Assembly (NCBI GenBank): GCA_029258885.1
Contig: JAPDJW010000002.1
Span: 448,001-512,000, forward strand
Reading direction: 5' to 3'
Length of the DNA: 64,000 nt
Origin: Thermoproteota archaeon
Lineage (GTDB): Archaea > Thermoproteota > Thermoprotei > Thermofilales > B9-G17
Below are positions 1-9,288 of this stretch, piece after piece. Below the pieces are notes generated by a model. The model did no database searches. It worked only from the letters and a program-made list of their open reading frames with translations, and was not told the origin of the DNA. How positions within the stretch are numbered: position 1 is the stretch's first letter; every line of letters begins with the position of its first letter. A program made the position numbers and the translations under genes.

Positions 1-650
1 TCAAGAACCAGCCTAAAGCCCTGACATACATCCTTAACGTAGACAAACTGTACAAGATTCCTACCTGAGCCCACTATAAACCTCGTCGCAAGAGAGTTTC
101 TCGCAAGGGATGTAATAAAGTAGTATGATACATCGTTTACATTTCTAGGCCCATATACGCCAGATGGCCTAACAATAGTTGCCTTAAGCCCCTTCTTCAT
201 GTATTCCTTAACCACGTTTTCCGCCGCCAGCTTTGATCGACCATACTCGTAAACTGGGTTTGGAGGAGTATTTTCATCAGCTGGCGGATTCTTCACTGGA
301 CCTATGGCTTCAGTAGTACTACAATAAATAAACCTATCAACACCATTCTTTAAAGCCGCTTCAATAAGCCATCTAGTTCCCTCAACATTAACCTTCCAGT
401 ACAGCTTCTTCTTACCGTGAAACGTATAGTATGCAGCAAGATGTATTATAGCATCAACTCCCCTAGTAACGTTAACGAGTGAGGGTGGATCTGTTAAATC
501 ACCGTATCTAAGTTCAACTCCAAGTTCCTTAAGCAGATCTATCTTACTCGTCTTCCTAACCATGCCAATAACCGTATAGCCCTTAGATAGGAGGTTTTCA
601 ACCAAGTGTCCGCCTATAAAGCCGGAGGCGCCTGTAACAAGCACTTTCAA
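1..650 (-). CDS. NAD-dependent epimerase/dehydratase (extended SDR), truncated by the window edge
   Basis: Manual translation from TTG at 650: MKVLVTGASGFIGGHLVENLLSKGY...IIHLAAYY...VNVEGT...FIYCSTTEA, with a later YGRSK (YxxxK). GxxGxxG Rossmann motif. Start overlaps the luxC-like stop (TTGA). Absent from the ORF track because it runs off the edge. Confidence 0.9.
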   Translation of the reverse strand, partial: MKVLVTGASGFIGGHLVENLLSKGYTVIGMVRKTSKIDLLKELGVELRYGDLTDPPSLVNVTRGVDAIIHLAAYYTFHGKKKLYWKVNVEGTRWLIEAALKNGVDRFIYCSTTEAIGPVKNPPADENTPPNPVYEYGRSKLAAENVVKEYMKKGLKATIVRPSGVYGPRNVNDVSYYFITSLARNSLATRFIVGSGRNLVQFVYVKDVCQGFRLVL

Positions 651-2107
651 ATAACACCCACCTCCCTACGCCTAAGGTAAATTGAATATGTAAGCTCTCT
701 AGCTAGGTACATTCCATCAAACGGTTCAATGGCACTACGCATATACATATCTCTAAGCGGAACTATCCTATATACACGTAGCTTACATAGATTGGAGATA
801 AAGGCTTCAGCATCTTTCTCTGGGAGAGCATACCCTACAGTCTGGACTCCATCAACCTCCTTGAATGTTTCCCTATGCGGAATGTTCTCTATTAACTTGA
901 TGGCTTGATCAACCGTGTTCACACTAACAATTTCGATAAACCTCTTCCTAACGTGCAACTGATACTCAGGGAAGAACTCAATGACCTTATCTAAGACGGG
1001 CTTATCCTTAGAGACGACTATAGTCCAGGAAATATCTCCATTGTCGGGCGTAAACACTTCACACTCCTCAAACGTTAAAGCTCTCCTAACACTATGGACT
1101 AAATATCTCTCACTATCGTCGAGCTTCAGCGGAAATTTCTCAGAGTAGCCGTTAAGCCTCAAGCCTACCTTCGACGCAAATTCGATTAATTCCTCGTAGC
1201 TACCTATAAAGGTTGCTTCTGTAGGGGAGCTACACAGTTGTTGGTCGTATAGAACTATGTTTAAAGCAAGATCGTCAGCCGCCTTATCGAGATCCACGCC
1301 ACTACCTACAACAGCATATCCAGTTAAGGGACCGTTAACCATAAACTTAGGCTTGTGGGGATTACGTGCCACTTTCTCAGCTATGATAGTCCTAGCGGGC
1401 TCGCCTCCCCAAAAGTTCACGAGGTCAACCGGGGCCTTCTCCAGGAGATACCTTAAGGCTTCACTGTTGTGTCTCATATATGCGATTAGAATAGCATTTG
1501 ATAGAACCTCGGCTTCAGGATATTCGTCTGCTAGATCTAGAAGTAGCCTATAGACCTCAATAACGCCTAAGTGATTGGCTATTGAAGGCTTAAGTACAGT
1601 TACGTTACCCATTGCAAGAGATATGCACGTTGGAATTAGCGGCGGGATAAAGGAATTGCCAGCACCTATGATAAACACTGTGCCTATGGGGACGTGCCTG
1701 ACGTATTCGCCTGGTCTGAACTCTATGAAGCTGTCGATAGCCTTAACTCCACCGGGAAGTCCTACCTCAATGTTAGACAGTATATTATCATTATTAAATA
1801 ATATAGAAACAAATTTGAATTCTAAGTCTATGAGTTTCTCGCTATACCCAGTTTTCTCGGAAAGTTTTCTTTTGATGTTATTCAGCTCGCCCCTACGAAC
1901 CTTTTCATGCCATTTCTTGCCTATTAAACCGAGAATTTCCAGCCTCCTTAAGATGGGTATCTCCATCAGCTGTTTTCTAATAGCATGCGCCTTCTCTAGG
2001 ATTCCTTTAAGCGATTTAACTGTAGGCTCTACCACTGTTAAGTTGCCTAAGTTAAACGTCTCCTTTTCGATGGCCGTTTCCCTTCCGTGGAGAATCTCCA
2101 GCTGCAC
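647..2107 (-). CDS. LuxC-like acyl-CoA/acyl-protein reductase (ALDH superfamily)
   Basis: ALDH-type motifs GAGN..P, VLKPS and FWGGE, plus LYDQQLCSSP matching the LuxC catalytic Cys motif (YDQxACxS). Confidence 0.8.
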   Translation of the reverse strand: MQLEILHGRETAIEKETFNLGNLTVVEPTVKSLKGILEKAHAIRKQLMEIPILRRLEILGLIGKKWHEKVRRGELNNIKRKLSEKTGYSEKLIDLEFKFVSILFNNDNILSNIEVGLPGGVKAIDSFIEFRPGEYVRHVPIGTVFIIGAGNSFIPPLIPTCISLAMGNVTVLKPSIANHLGVIEVYRLLLDLADEYPEAEVLSNAILIAYMRHNSEALRYLLEKAPVDLVNFWGGEPARTIIAEKVARNPHKPKFMVNGPLTGYAVVGSGVDLDKAADDLALNIVLYDQQLCSSPTEATFIGSYEELIEFASKVGLRLNGYSEKFPLKLDDSERYLVHSVRRALTFEECEVFTPDNGDISWTIVVSKDKPVLDKVIEFFPEYQLHVRKRFIEIVSVNTVDQAIKLIENIPHRETFKEVDGVQTVGYALPEKDAEAFISNLCKLRVYRIVPLRDMYMRSAIEPFDGMYLARELTYSIYLRRREVGVI

Positions 2108-2110
2108 TTA

Positions 2111-3385
2111 CTACTCCACCTTCCTTCCCTCAGTCATAAGCTCCTCGAGAGTTCCTCCACAGGCCCTCTGTAGATCCCACCCTTCCTCCTTTGTCAATCG
2201 TCTAACGTAGACGTACTCCTTCCCATAGTATCTATCGGAGGGATGAGATCTAAGTATATCGCCCGGATAAAATACTTCAAGCCATGATGTCGTAAATGGA
2301 TTAAACATTCCAAGTATACCCTCACCATCTTCATGCATCATTTTAAACGTCTTCGGCTCCAGCAGAAATACGTGAGTAAGAGGATGAGGCATCAGATCCA
2401 TGACGCCAAACCTACTAATGAGGGCAGCTAACGTTTCAGTCATACCTAAAACATCCATAAATGGTACATCAATCTTTTCTCCTTTCTCGTTACGTGCATA
2501 GAAGTGTCTTCTAGCAAGCTCCACGATCTTATCATAGGGCGGTAGATCGGTAAAGCCCTTAGTACCACCTCCAGTTACTATAACTCCTCCCCTACCTAAA
2601 TCGACGGGCGGCGCTCCGGTTAAAATCCTCGTAAATATCCTCTTGATAAATCCAAGTTCACCGAACTTCTTAGAAAGCAGGTACACGCCAGCTGGCGCAG
2701 TAAAGAACAGCTTAGGCTCCTCCTTACTCTTCAGGAACTTAACCAGGTTATCCTTATTTGGAACGAGCCTCTGCCAAGGAGTCCCTTCCTTAACACCCGT
2801 TAAAAGTCTCATACCATAAAGCAATTCAATGCCCTTAGCCTCTAGAGCATAGTGTACGAACGCGACGAAATTCAGTCGCTCCTTAAGCTCAGGAGCCGCC
2901 ATAAACAACGCTATACCCTTATTCTCCTCGAGTTCCCCACCATACACATACTCGAACAACGCCGTATTTACGGTTATCATGATGGCTAAATCGAGGGGAC
3001 TCCTATAGACTTTAACGGGATTCCTACCCGTAGTACCGCTCGACATAAAGTATTTGCCACCGAGCTCAACATCCCTTATCAGGAACCTCTTGTGTCCCTC
3101 ACCCCTAATAAGCTCAGAAGGCACAGCAAGCTTTTCGAGATCCTCAAGCTCAGCATTCCTCGGATTAATATCCAGCTTCTCAAAAAGCCTAGCATAGTAG
3201 TCACTGTGTCTCCTGAAGTAATCTAAGGCCTCCCTTAAAAGACTTCTCCTTAAACTAAGCAAGTAATCAGGCGATTTTTCAAACAAGCTTCTATCGTGAA
3301 CTAGCTCCCATATCTTCTTAACGTAGGGATCCTCCCTCAGAAGCCTGCTTTGAGACGCCTTCTCAAGTATCTCGGATACTTTCAT
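2111..3385 (-). CDS. LuxE-like acyl-protein synthetase (ANL adenylate-forming family)
   Basis: FMSSGTTG AMP-binding P-loop, IVTGGGTKG, DVLGMTE, YPGDIL, and a C-terminal RACG Cys positioned like the LuxE acylation site. Lies directly upstream of the luxC-like gene. Confidence 0.75.
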   Translation of the reverse strand: MKVSEILEKASQSRLLREDPYVKKIWELVHDRSLFEKSPDYLLSLRRSLLREALDYFRRHSDYYARLFEKLDINPRNAELEDLEKLAVPSELIRGEGHKRFLIRDVELGGKYFMSSGTTGRNPVKVYRSPLDLAIMITVNTALFEYVYGGELEENKGIALFMAAPELKERLNFVAFVHYALEAKGIELLYGMRLLTGVKEGTPWQRLVPNKDNLVKFLKSKEEPKLFFTAPAGVYLLSKKFGELGFIKRIFTRILTGAPPVDLGRGGVIVTGGGTKGFTDLPPYDKIVELARRHFYARNEKGEKIDVPFMDVLGMTETLAALISRFGVMDLMPHPLTHVFLLEPKTFKMMHEDGEGILGMFNPFTTSWLEVFYPGDILRSHPSDRYYGKEYVYVRRLTKEEGWDLQRACGGTLEELMTEGRKVE

Positions 3386-3593
3386 TAAGACACCTCAAAC
3401 CAATATCTAAACCATCAGAAATAAATACTTTGACGTAAACCCTGTCAACAGATAACGAAGAACATTCATCAACCCGAAAAGGGTGTAATTACGGGGTATA
3501 GGGTGTTTATGCAAGCTAGCTAGTTTCCGTAATTATAGTGGGTACTAAGATAAGGTTTTAAGCTAGCGTATGCTATTATCTAAATAGCTAGGT

Positions 3594-3806
3594 ATGTATA
3601 AGTATATCGAAGTTAAACCCGACGTATGCGGAGGAAAGCCCGTTATCAAGGGTACGCGTGTCATCATTGAGATTATTTTAGAGTCGCTTGCTAATGGATG
3701 GAGCGTAAAGGAAACAGCAAAGGAATTTAAAATACCAGTAGAGGCGGTCCTGGAAGCATTGAAGTATGCCCATAACATAGTATCTAAAATAAGTGGCTAT
3801 GTATGA
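3594..3806 (+). CDS. DUF433 family antitoxin
   Basis: PDVCGGKPVIKGTRV motif typical of DUF433; stop overlaps the ATG of a PIN-like toxin remnant. Confidence 0.9.
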   Translation: MYKYIEVKPDVCGGKPVIKGTRVIIEIILESLANGWSVKETAKEFKIPVEAVLEALKYAHNIVSKISGYV

Positions 3807-4128
3807 TACTTGCCGATGAAAGCATACATTATTCGCTAATAAAGGAGCTGAGAAGACTAGGCGTCATTGACACAGAGCTTAGAGGAATTTTCGATATAGA
3901 ACTAATTGAACTGGCCAATAAGAGAAACATGATCATATTGACTGAGAGCAGGGATTTTCTAAAAAACTATTAGGAGGAAGGTAAGGACAGGTTTAATGTA
4001 TGTATATTACTATAACTAAAGACAACTGTAGGGAGATAGCTGATCTCATCAGCCGTCATCTAAATAGGGCCAGAAATAACCTTATGATAGTTTACCGGGA
4101 TTATGTAGAGATAATAAGCCTGAAGTAA
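3803..4128 (+). pseudogene. DUF5615 PIN-like toxin, disrupted
   Basis: Manual translation MILADESIHYSLIKELRRLG...FDIELIELANKRNMIILTESRDF then a stop. A C-terminal-like segment (...ARNNLMIVYRDYVEIISLK*) continues in another frame. Confidence 0.7.
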
Positions 4129-4200
4129 CATTTTCTTAGCTTATGACAGACCACCTACTATATCATTAAACATTTATAGAAACAGTCTTTAAGGTTTCAT

Positions 4201-5451
4201 ATGGCCAGGCTGAATGTTGCTAATATAGTGAATATTCAGAGGGCGCTGTGTTTTCCTAGGCTTGCTGGAACGGATGGTGAGGAGAAGGCTAGGAAGATAA
4301 TATTGGATGAGCTTGAAAGCTATGGGTATGATCCTAAGCTGCACGAGTTTCAGGTTAAGACCTTTAAAATAAAGGAGGCGGAGCTTAGAATTCTGGAGCC
4401 GTGGAGCGATGAAATACCCTGTCGAGGAGTCGGCTTATCGGGTTCAACACCCCCAGAGGGCGTGGAGGCCCCGCTCGCCTATGCTGAGGAGGGGGATCCA
4501 GCTCTAATACCTGGAGAGGGCTACATCCTCCTCCTTACTAGTAGGCCTCGGTATCCAAAGTATAAGAGCTTAATGAAATGGAAGCCTAAAGGCTTCGTAA
4601 TCTCCGAGCCAAACCCGTATAGGAAGATCTCTCATCTAGATATGATCCATGAGTGGAGGAAATATGGAACTGTGCCTATGGTCTATATCTCGTTTGCTGA
4701 TGCATATAAGCTAGTTGTCCACGGCGCCAGGAGGGCTTATTTAAAGCTCATTCAGGACGAGTGGGATGCAAAGTCCTACAATATAGTTGTTGAGAAGAAG
4801 GGAATTAAGTATCCCGATGAAGTAGTAATCATCTGCGCGCACTATGACTCGGTATACGACGTACCTGGGGCAACGGATAACGCTGGAGGAACAGCCTTGC
4901 TTCTGGAGCTGGCGAGATACTACTCTACAGTTAACGTTAAGAGAACTATTAGGTTTATATGGTTCTCCGGGGAGGAGCTTGGATTAAGGGGTTCAAGAGC
5001 TTACGCGGATGGGCTAAGGAAGGAGGAACTTGAGCAGATAAAGTTCGTAGTAAACCTGGATGTTCATGGAGCTGTTATAGGTTCTAATAGCGCAACATTG
5101 ACAGGTCCGAAGAATGTTAAGGAATACTTGGAGGTAGTGTCGAAGAAGATGGGTATAAACCTTAAAGTCGGTGAGGGAGTGTATTCATCCGACGGAACAT
5201 CATTCTCTAAACACGGAATCCCCTCCATAAGCTTCTATAGGTCAAGCGGCTTCGGGATAACCATGCATACGATAGACGACGACGACCGGTATATAGGCGA
5301 GCAGGCATATGCGGGCTTAGGCGATATACTTGTCGACTTTATAGATACTCTCGTAAACTCAGAGGAACTGCCGTTCCCTAGGGAAATACCGGAGGATATT
5401 AAGAAGAAAGTTGAGGATTACTTTAAGAATAGGTTAGGAGTAGAAGAGTAG
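4201..5451 (+). CDS. M28 family aminopeptidase with PA domain
   Basis: R.AGT.GE, CAHYDSV, GATDNAGG, FSGEELGLRGS, NLDV, SSDGTSF and HT.DD metal-binding motifs; PA insert. Confidence 0.9.
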   Translation: MARLNVANIVNIQRALCFPRLAGTDGEEKARKIILDELESYGYDPKLHEFQVKTFKIKEAELRILEPWSDEIPCRGVGLSGSTPPEGVEAPLAYAEEGDPALIPGEGYILLLTSRPRYPKYKSLMKWKPKGFVISEPNPYRKISHLDMIHEWRKYGTVPMVYISFADAYKLVVHGARRAYLKLIQDEWDAKSYNIVVEKKGIKYPDEVVIICAHYDSVYDVPGATDNAGGTALLLELARYYSTVNVKRTIRFIWFSGEELGLRGSRAYADGLRKEELEQIKFVVNLDVHGAVIGSNSATLTGPKNVKEYLEVVSKKMGINLKVGEGVYSSDGTSFSKHGIPSISFYRSSGFGITMHTIDDDDRYIGEQAYAGLGDILVDFIDTLVNSEELPFPREIPEDIKKKVEDYFKNRLGVEE

Positions 5452-5964
5452 CTATTGATACATCCTAACTCTATCGGAATATTTTTTATGTATAAGCTTC
5501 TCAAGCTCTATCCTAAGCTTTCTATCCAACTCCCTCTGCGAGGAGGAGAGCCCTTCAAGAGGCTTCGCTAATCCGAGTAGCGGTCCTTTAATCAACACGT
5601 AGTTATCCCTTAACTCAGGCTCAGCAACAGGCCTAGTTTTAGCCAATATATCAAGAAGTTTAACAGGGTTCTCCTTCAGAGTTTTCTTCAAAATCTCGCT
5701 CGGCAACTCTCTTATTCCGAAAGTAAAGGGTATTGAATCAAGGAAGCTTCTAAGATCACCCGTAACGCTTAGTTCGGCGCCGAGGCCTACGAGCCTATAC
5801 GGGTTAAGAGGCCAAGCCTTTATCTTCCATCCCCGAGAGGAGTGGGAGATCAGGAAATCCAGGTATCCGTACCTATCACGGCTAGCTAAAAACCTCCAGT
5901 TGAGAGGATTTTTCCTATACTTGTTTACAACTATCCTGAGTATTTCATCGATATTTCTAATCAT
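5452..5964 (-). CDS. conserved hypothetical archaeal protein
   Basis: Intact 170-aa ORF filling the gap between recognised genes; no known motif. Confidence 0.7.
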   Translation of the reverse strand: MIRNIDEILRIVVNKYRKNPLNWRFLASRDRYGYLDFLISHSSRGWKIKAWPLNPYRLVGLGAELSVTGDLRSFLDSIPFTFGIRELPSEILKKTLKENPVKLLDILAKTRPVAEPELRDNYVLIKGPLLGLAKPLEGLSSSQRELDRKLRIELEKLIHKKYSDRVRMYQ

Positions 5965-6105
5965 TTCACACTTTAAAATAGCATAACCATATATAATAAT
6001 AGCGCATTACAGCACCCTGCTTCAATCTATATCGGAGGAATACCTGAATAATACATCACAGCATCTAATGGAGTACATATTACCGCATGCTTTAACCGGT
6101 TTATT

Positions 6106-6846
6106 GTGGGATTCTTGAAGCCAATATACGTATATGCTAAGACGCTGCCCGAGGCTTGGGAGATAAGCATATATAAGCTATGGAAGGAGGGCATAACAAT
6201 AGACACTGAATACGGCGAGAATAGCAGGGATTGTCCAGCAGTAATATACGTAGAGGATCCCTTCGCTGAGCCGAGAATACACCTTAAAGGACTTACCGGC
6301 GGCTTTAAATCCCTTAGAGAATATCTAAGCGAAGTTATAGATGGAGTTAACGATCACCTAGTTGAGGCTGGCAAGGTTGACTACACGTATCACGAGAGGA
6401 TATTCAAGTATCCAGGGCTGAGATTCAACGCTGATATGGAGCGAATAAACCAGATAGAGTATGTAGTTAGGAAGCTATCCAATGCTCCATACAGTAGGAG
6501 AGCACAGGCAATAACTTGGGTCCCCCATCTTGATACTAGAAGTGAATATCCCCCATGTCTGCAGAGGCTATGGTTCAGGATCGTCAACGGCAAGTTAGTA
6601 CTACACATACATATAAGAAGCAATGATGCATTTAAAGCGGCTTTTATGAACATGTATGCCTTTACAGAGCTTCAGAGAACAGTAGCTAAAAGGTTAGGTG
6701 TAGATACCGGATACTATCTACATGTAGCCGATTCATGTCATATATATGAGAGGGACTGGAAGTGGGCTGAAAAATTCATTAAGCAAATAGAGAATGGGGT
6801 ATCTAAGAGGTATTATATGAGATCTGATATATTAGGTATAGGTTAG
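6106..6846 (+). CDS. thyA: thymidylate synthase, archaeal ThyA type
   Basis: YTYHERI, SRRAQAITW, PPCL (catalytic Cys), RSND, conserved Asn (FMN), DSCHIY. Confidence 0.9.
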   Translation: MGFLKPIYVYAKTLPEAWEISIYKLWKEGITIDTEYGENSRDCPAVIYVEDPFAEPRIHLKGLTGGFKSLREYLSEVIDGVNDHLVEAGKVDYTYHERIFKYPGLRFNADMERINQIEYVVRKLSNAPYSRRAQAITWVPHLDTRSEYPPCLQRLWFRIVNGKLVLHIHIRSNDAFKAAFMNMYAFTELQRTVAKRLGVDTGYYLHVADSCHIYERDWKWAEKFIKQIENGVSKRYYMRSDILGIG

Positions 6847-6907
6847 TAGCCGTAGGTTCTAAACTGAAACCATAAGCTTTATTTCATCCTCATTTAAGAT
6901 ACAATCG

Positions 6908-7327
6908 ATGAGCTCAGAGGACGAGCTTGAGATAATTAGGAGAAAGAAGATGCTTGAGCTAATGAAGAGGGGTGTCGTAGATAGAAGGAAGACTGTTATG
7001 CCAAGCGGTGTCGTGCAGCTAACTGAAGCTAATTTCGATGAGTATCTAGGAAAATATCCCCTGGTTATAGTCGATTTCTGGGCGGAATGGTGTATGCCGT
7101 GTAAAGTCTATGCACCTCTTTTTGAGGAGCTTGCAAAAAGGTACTCGGGGAGAGCGGTATTCGCTAAGGTAAACGTAGATGAAAACCCCAGTATTGCAAG
7201 AAGGTATTCGATTATGAGTATACCTACGACAATAGTATTCTATAAAGGTAGAGAATATGAAAGGCTTATTGGATTAAGCCCAATGAATATGATGAGGCTA
7301 AGAAACATAATAGAGAATCTCTCCTAA
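6908..7327 (+). CDS. trxA: thioredoxin
   Basis: VDFWAEWCMPC active site, IMSIPT cis-Pro motif, archaeal N-terminal helix (DELEIIRRKK). Confidence 0.92.
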   Translation: MSSEDELEIIRRKKMLELMKRGVVDRRKTVMPSGVVQLTEANFDEYLGKYPLVIVDFWAEWCMPCKVYAPLFEELAKRYSGRAVFAKVNVDENPSIARRYSIMSIPTTIVFYKGREYERLIGLSPMNMMRLRNIIENLS

Positions 7328-7361
7328 ATATACAATTCTATGTTGCTACTCCGTATTCACT

Positions 7362-8231
7362 CTACTTTTCTCTCTTCTTCGACCTAGCCTTTCTGCCTAA
7401 GCGTCTATAGGTGTTCCTAAGCAGTATTGCATCGCCCTCTATATTCGGGCTTTCACTTATAACCACACCCTTGATTTTAAAGTCCCGCCAGCTCTTAACT
7501 AGCGCCTCATAGTCTAAATCCGTCTCTTCAATGTTTAAGTGTCTCTTCTCCCCCTTTTCGGTATACTCTATCCCCGATACGTGTATATGCATGTTCCTCA
7601 GCCCCTCCTTACCCAGATATTCCTCAACGAGCTCCAGAACTCTGGCAAACTCATCGTAGGAGTTAAATCCGCCAGCATTCCTAGCTCTAAGGTGAGCGTA
7701 GTCTATGACGGGCATAACCATCTCCAGCTCCTGGCTAAGCCTTAAAACTTCCTCGAGGGAACCGAACTGTGTAGGCTTACCGGTAGTCTCAGGCCTAATC
7801 CATATCTTAATACCTTGATTATCGAGCTTCCTAATAACCTCCTTAAGAGCCTCCTTAACTCTATCATAAACTATCTTAGGGTCATCGCCCATATAGTATG
7901 CAGCGTGGAAGCATACGCTCCATGCACCAGCAATATACGCTATCTTAGCGGCATTGAGTATCCTCTCAATACTTCTTTTCCTCTTAGCCTCATCAGGCGA
8001 ATTTAGGTTTATGTAGTATTCACCATGACACGTAAGCTTAACACCAGCCTGCTTAGCTACCTTTCTAACCTCCAGCGCACGTTCAGCCGATAAACTAACC
8101 CTCCTAACAAACTCAAGCTCCATAGCATCCAAACCAAGATCCTTAACTTGGTTAATGCCCGCAATAACGTCACGTTTAGGCGTACTTATAGGAATACCGG
8201 CTGTACCAAAGTAGAGCTTCCTTAAACCCAA
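7362..8231 (-). CDS. nfo: endonuclease IV (AP endonuclease 2 family)
   Basis: FGTAGIP, HGEYYINL, CFHAAYY, RPETTGK..QFGSLEE, IDYAH, HIHVSGIEY. Likely TTG start at 8231 after a GAGGGG SD; the ORF track extends to 8294. Confidence 0.88.
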   Translation of the reverse strand: MGLRKLYFGTAGIPISTPKRDVIAGINQVKDLGLDAMELEFVRRVSLSAERALEVRKVAKQAGVKLTCHGEYYINLNSPDEAKRKRSIERILNAAKIAYIAGAWSVCFHAAYYMGDDPKIVYDRVKEALKEVIRKLDNQGIKIWIRPETTGKPTQFGSLEEVLRLSQELEMVMPVIDYAHLRARNAGGFNSYDEFARVLELVEEYLGKEGLRNMHIHVSGIEYTEKGEKRHLNIEETDLDYEALVKSWRDFKIKGVVISESPNIEGDAILLRNTYRRLGRKARSKKREK

Positions 8232-8468
8232 GCAGAACCCCTCACGACAACCCCTAAAACAACATACATATTTCGTTCGCCTAAAACTATACACTAAAAT
8301 ACCTTAATTATCTTTAACGTTCACATTAATAGGCTTCTCAGGTAAGTCTAATCATAGGTAGCTCTTCTAACATCTATTCCGAGCTTTACCGCCTAGCTAA
8401 AAATTCCTCAACTATTTATTCTTACCATTTTCATTCTATGGGGATTGTAGCTATGCGGTGCTATGAGC

Positions 8469-8909
8469 TTAAGCCTTAATTAATTCCTCTGTCGTGTATA
8501 GGATAATTCCTTTACCTAAGATCTTAGTTAATACGTCCCTACTCTCCTGAATTCTTTTTTTAAGTTTCTTATCGTCTGTTACTAGTTTTGCATCTAATTC
8601 ATATGATACAACCACGTATGATGCATCATAGTATGTTATATTAAGTTCATGTGCTAGATTTAGTACAAGCGAGGTATCGTGTGGAGCAACGATATGTAAA
8701 ATATTGAATATATTATTAGTTAGAGACAGTAGCAGTAATGCTTCATCAATAGATATTCTGTTTAGTAGTGTGGCTTCTTTCCATAGAGCATTACCTACTT
8801 CATAGGGGGTGAGAGTCAAAATATAGTTTCCTTTCAGGTATTTGTATGCGGATGACCCAATAGTCCTAATTAGGTTTAGTAGTGCTGAAGAATCGAAGAC
8901 GAGCTTCAT
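8469..8909 (-). CDS. vapC: VapC PIN-domain toxin
   Basis: LVFDSSA, YEVGNALWK, ITYYDASY and LVTDD PIN acidic residues. Confidence 0.9.
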   Translation of the reverse strand: MKLVFDSSALLNLIRTIGSSAYKYLKGNYILTLTPYEVGNALWKEATLLNRISIDEALLLLSLTNNIFNILHIVAPHDTSLVLNLAHELNITYYDASYVVVSYELDAKLVTDDKKLKKRIQESRDVLTKILGKGIILYTTEELIKA

Positions 8910-9145
8910 CTCTCCTCACGACTAAGACGTATAATACTGGTTATTTCTTCAGCAGGTATCTTTCTTAGAATTTTACTAGCTTCATCTAAAGACTCCTTAA
9001 TCTCTTCCTCTTCTCTTTTTCGCACCTCCTCTTCTAAAGCACTTCTAATAACATCGCTAATTGTTATATTATACTTCTTTAGTTTATTGTAGAGTTCTCT
9101 CCTAATTTTAGCTGAAACTGTAACATAGTCCACGTAGAACACCAT
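8906..9145 (-). CDS. vapB: VapB/CcdA-like ribbon-helix-helix antitoxin
   Basis: VTVSAKIRRELY...ISDVIRSALEEEV; 4-bp overlap with vapC. Confidence 0.85.
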   Translation of the reverse strand: MVFYVDYVTVSAKIRRELYNKLKKYNITISDVIRSALEEEVRKREEEEIKESLDEASKILRKIPAEEITSIIRLSREER

Positions 9146-9159
9146 ATTTAATACAAATA

Positions 9160-9184
9160 TTGTAGTATAAAAATATTACTACAA
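9160..9184. promoter_or_regulatory. inverted-repeat operator overlapping the vapBC TATA box
   Basis: TTGTAGTA-N9-TACTACAA, a perfect 8-bp inverted repeat. The minus-strand TTTTTATA lies inside it, about 25 bp upstream of the vapB ATG. Confidence 0.6.
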
Positions 9185-9288
9185 AAATCGTAATACCAGC
9201 GTATCTAGCTTTTGATTTAAATATTCTCTGACCACATGCGGTTGAGTGTTAGAAGTAAGATTAATAGCAGGGATATAGTACCGTTAAT

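Noticed and set aside
647-3385. Bioluminescence (lux) operon
   Set aside because: No luxA/luxB luciferase, luxD or luxG is visible. LuxC/LuxE homologues are known outside luminous bacteria.
8232-8294. N-terminal extension of endonuclease IV in the ORF track
   Set aside because: An SD-preceded TTG at 8231 matches where homology begins; the Cys-rich extension is probably untranslated.
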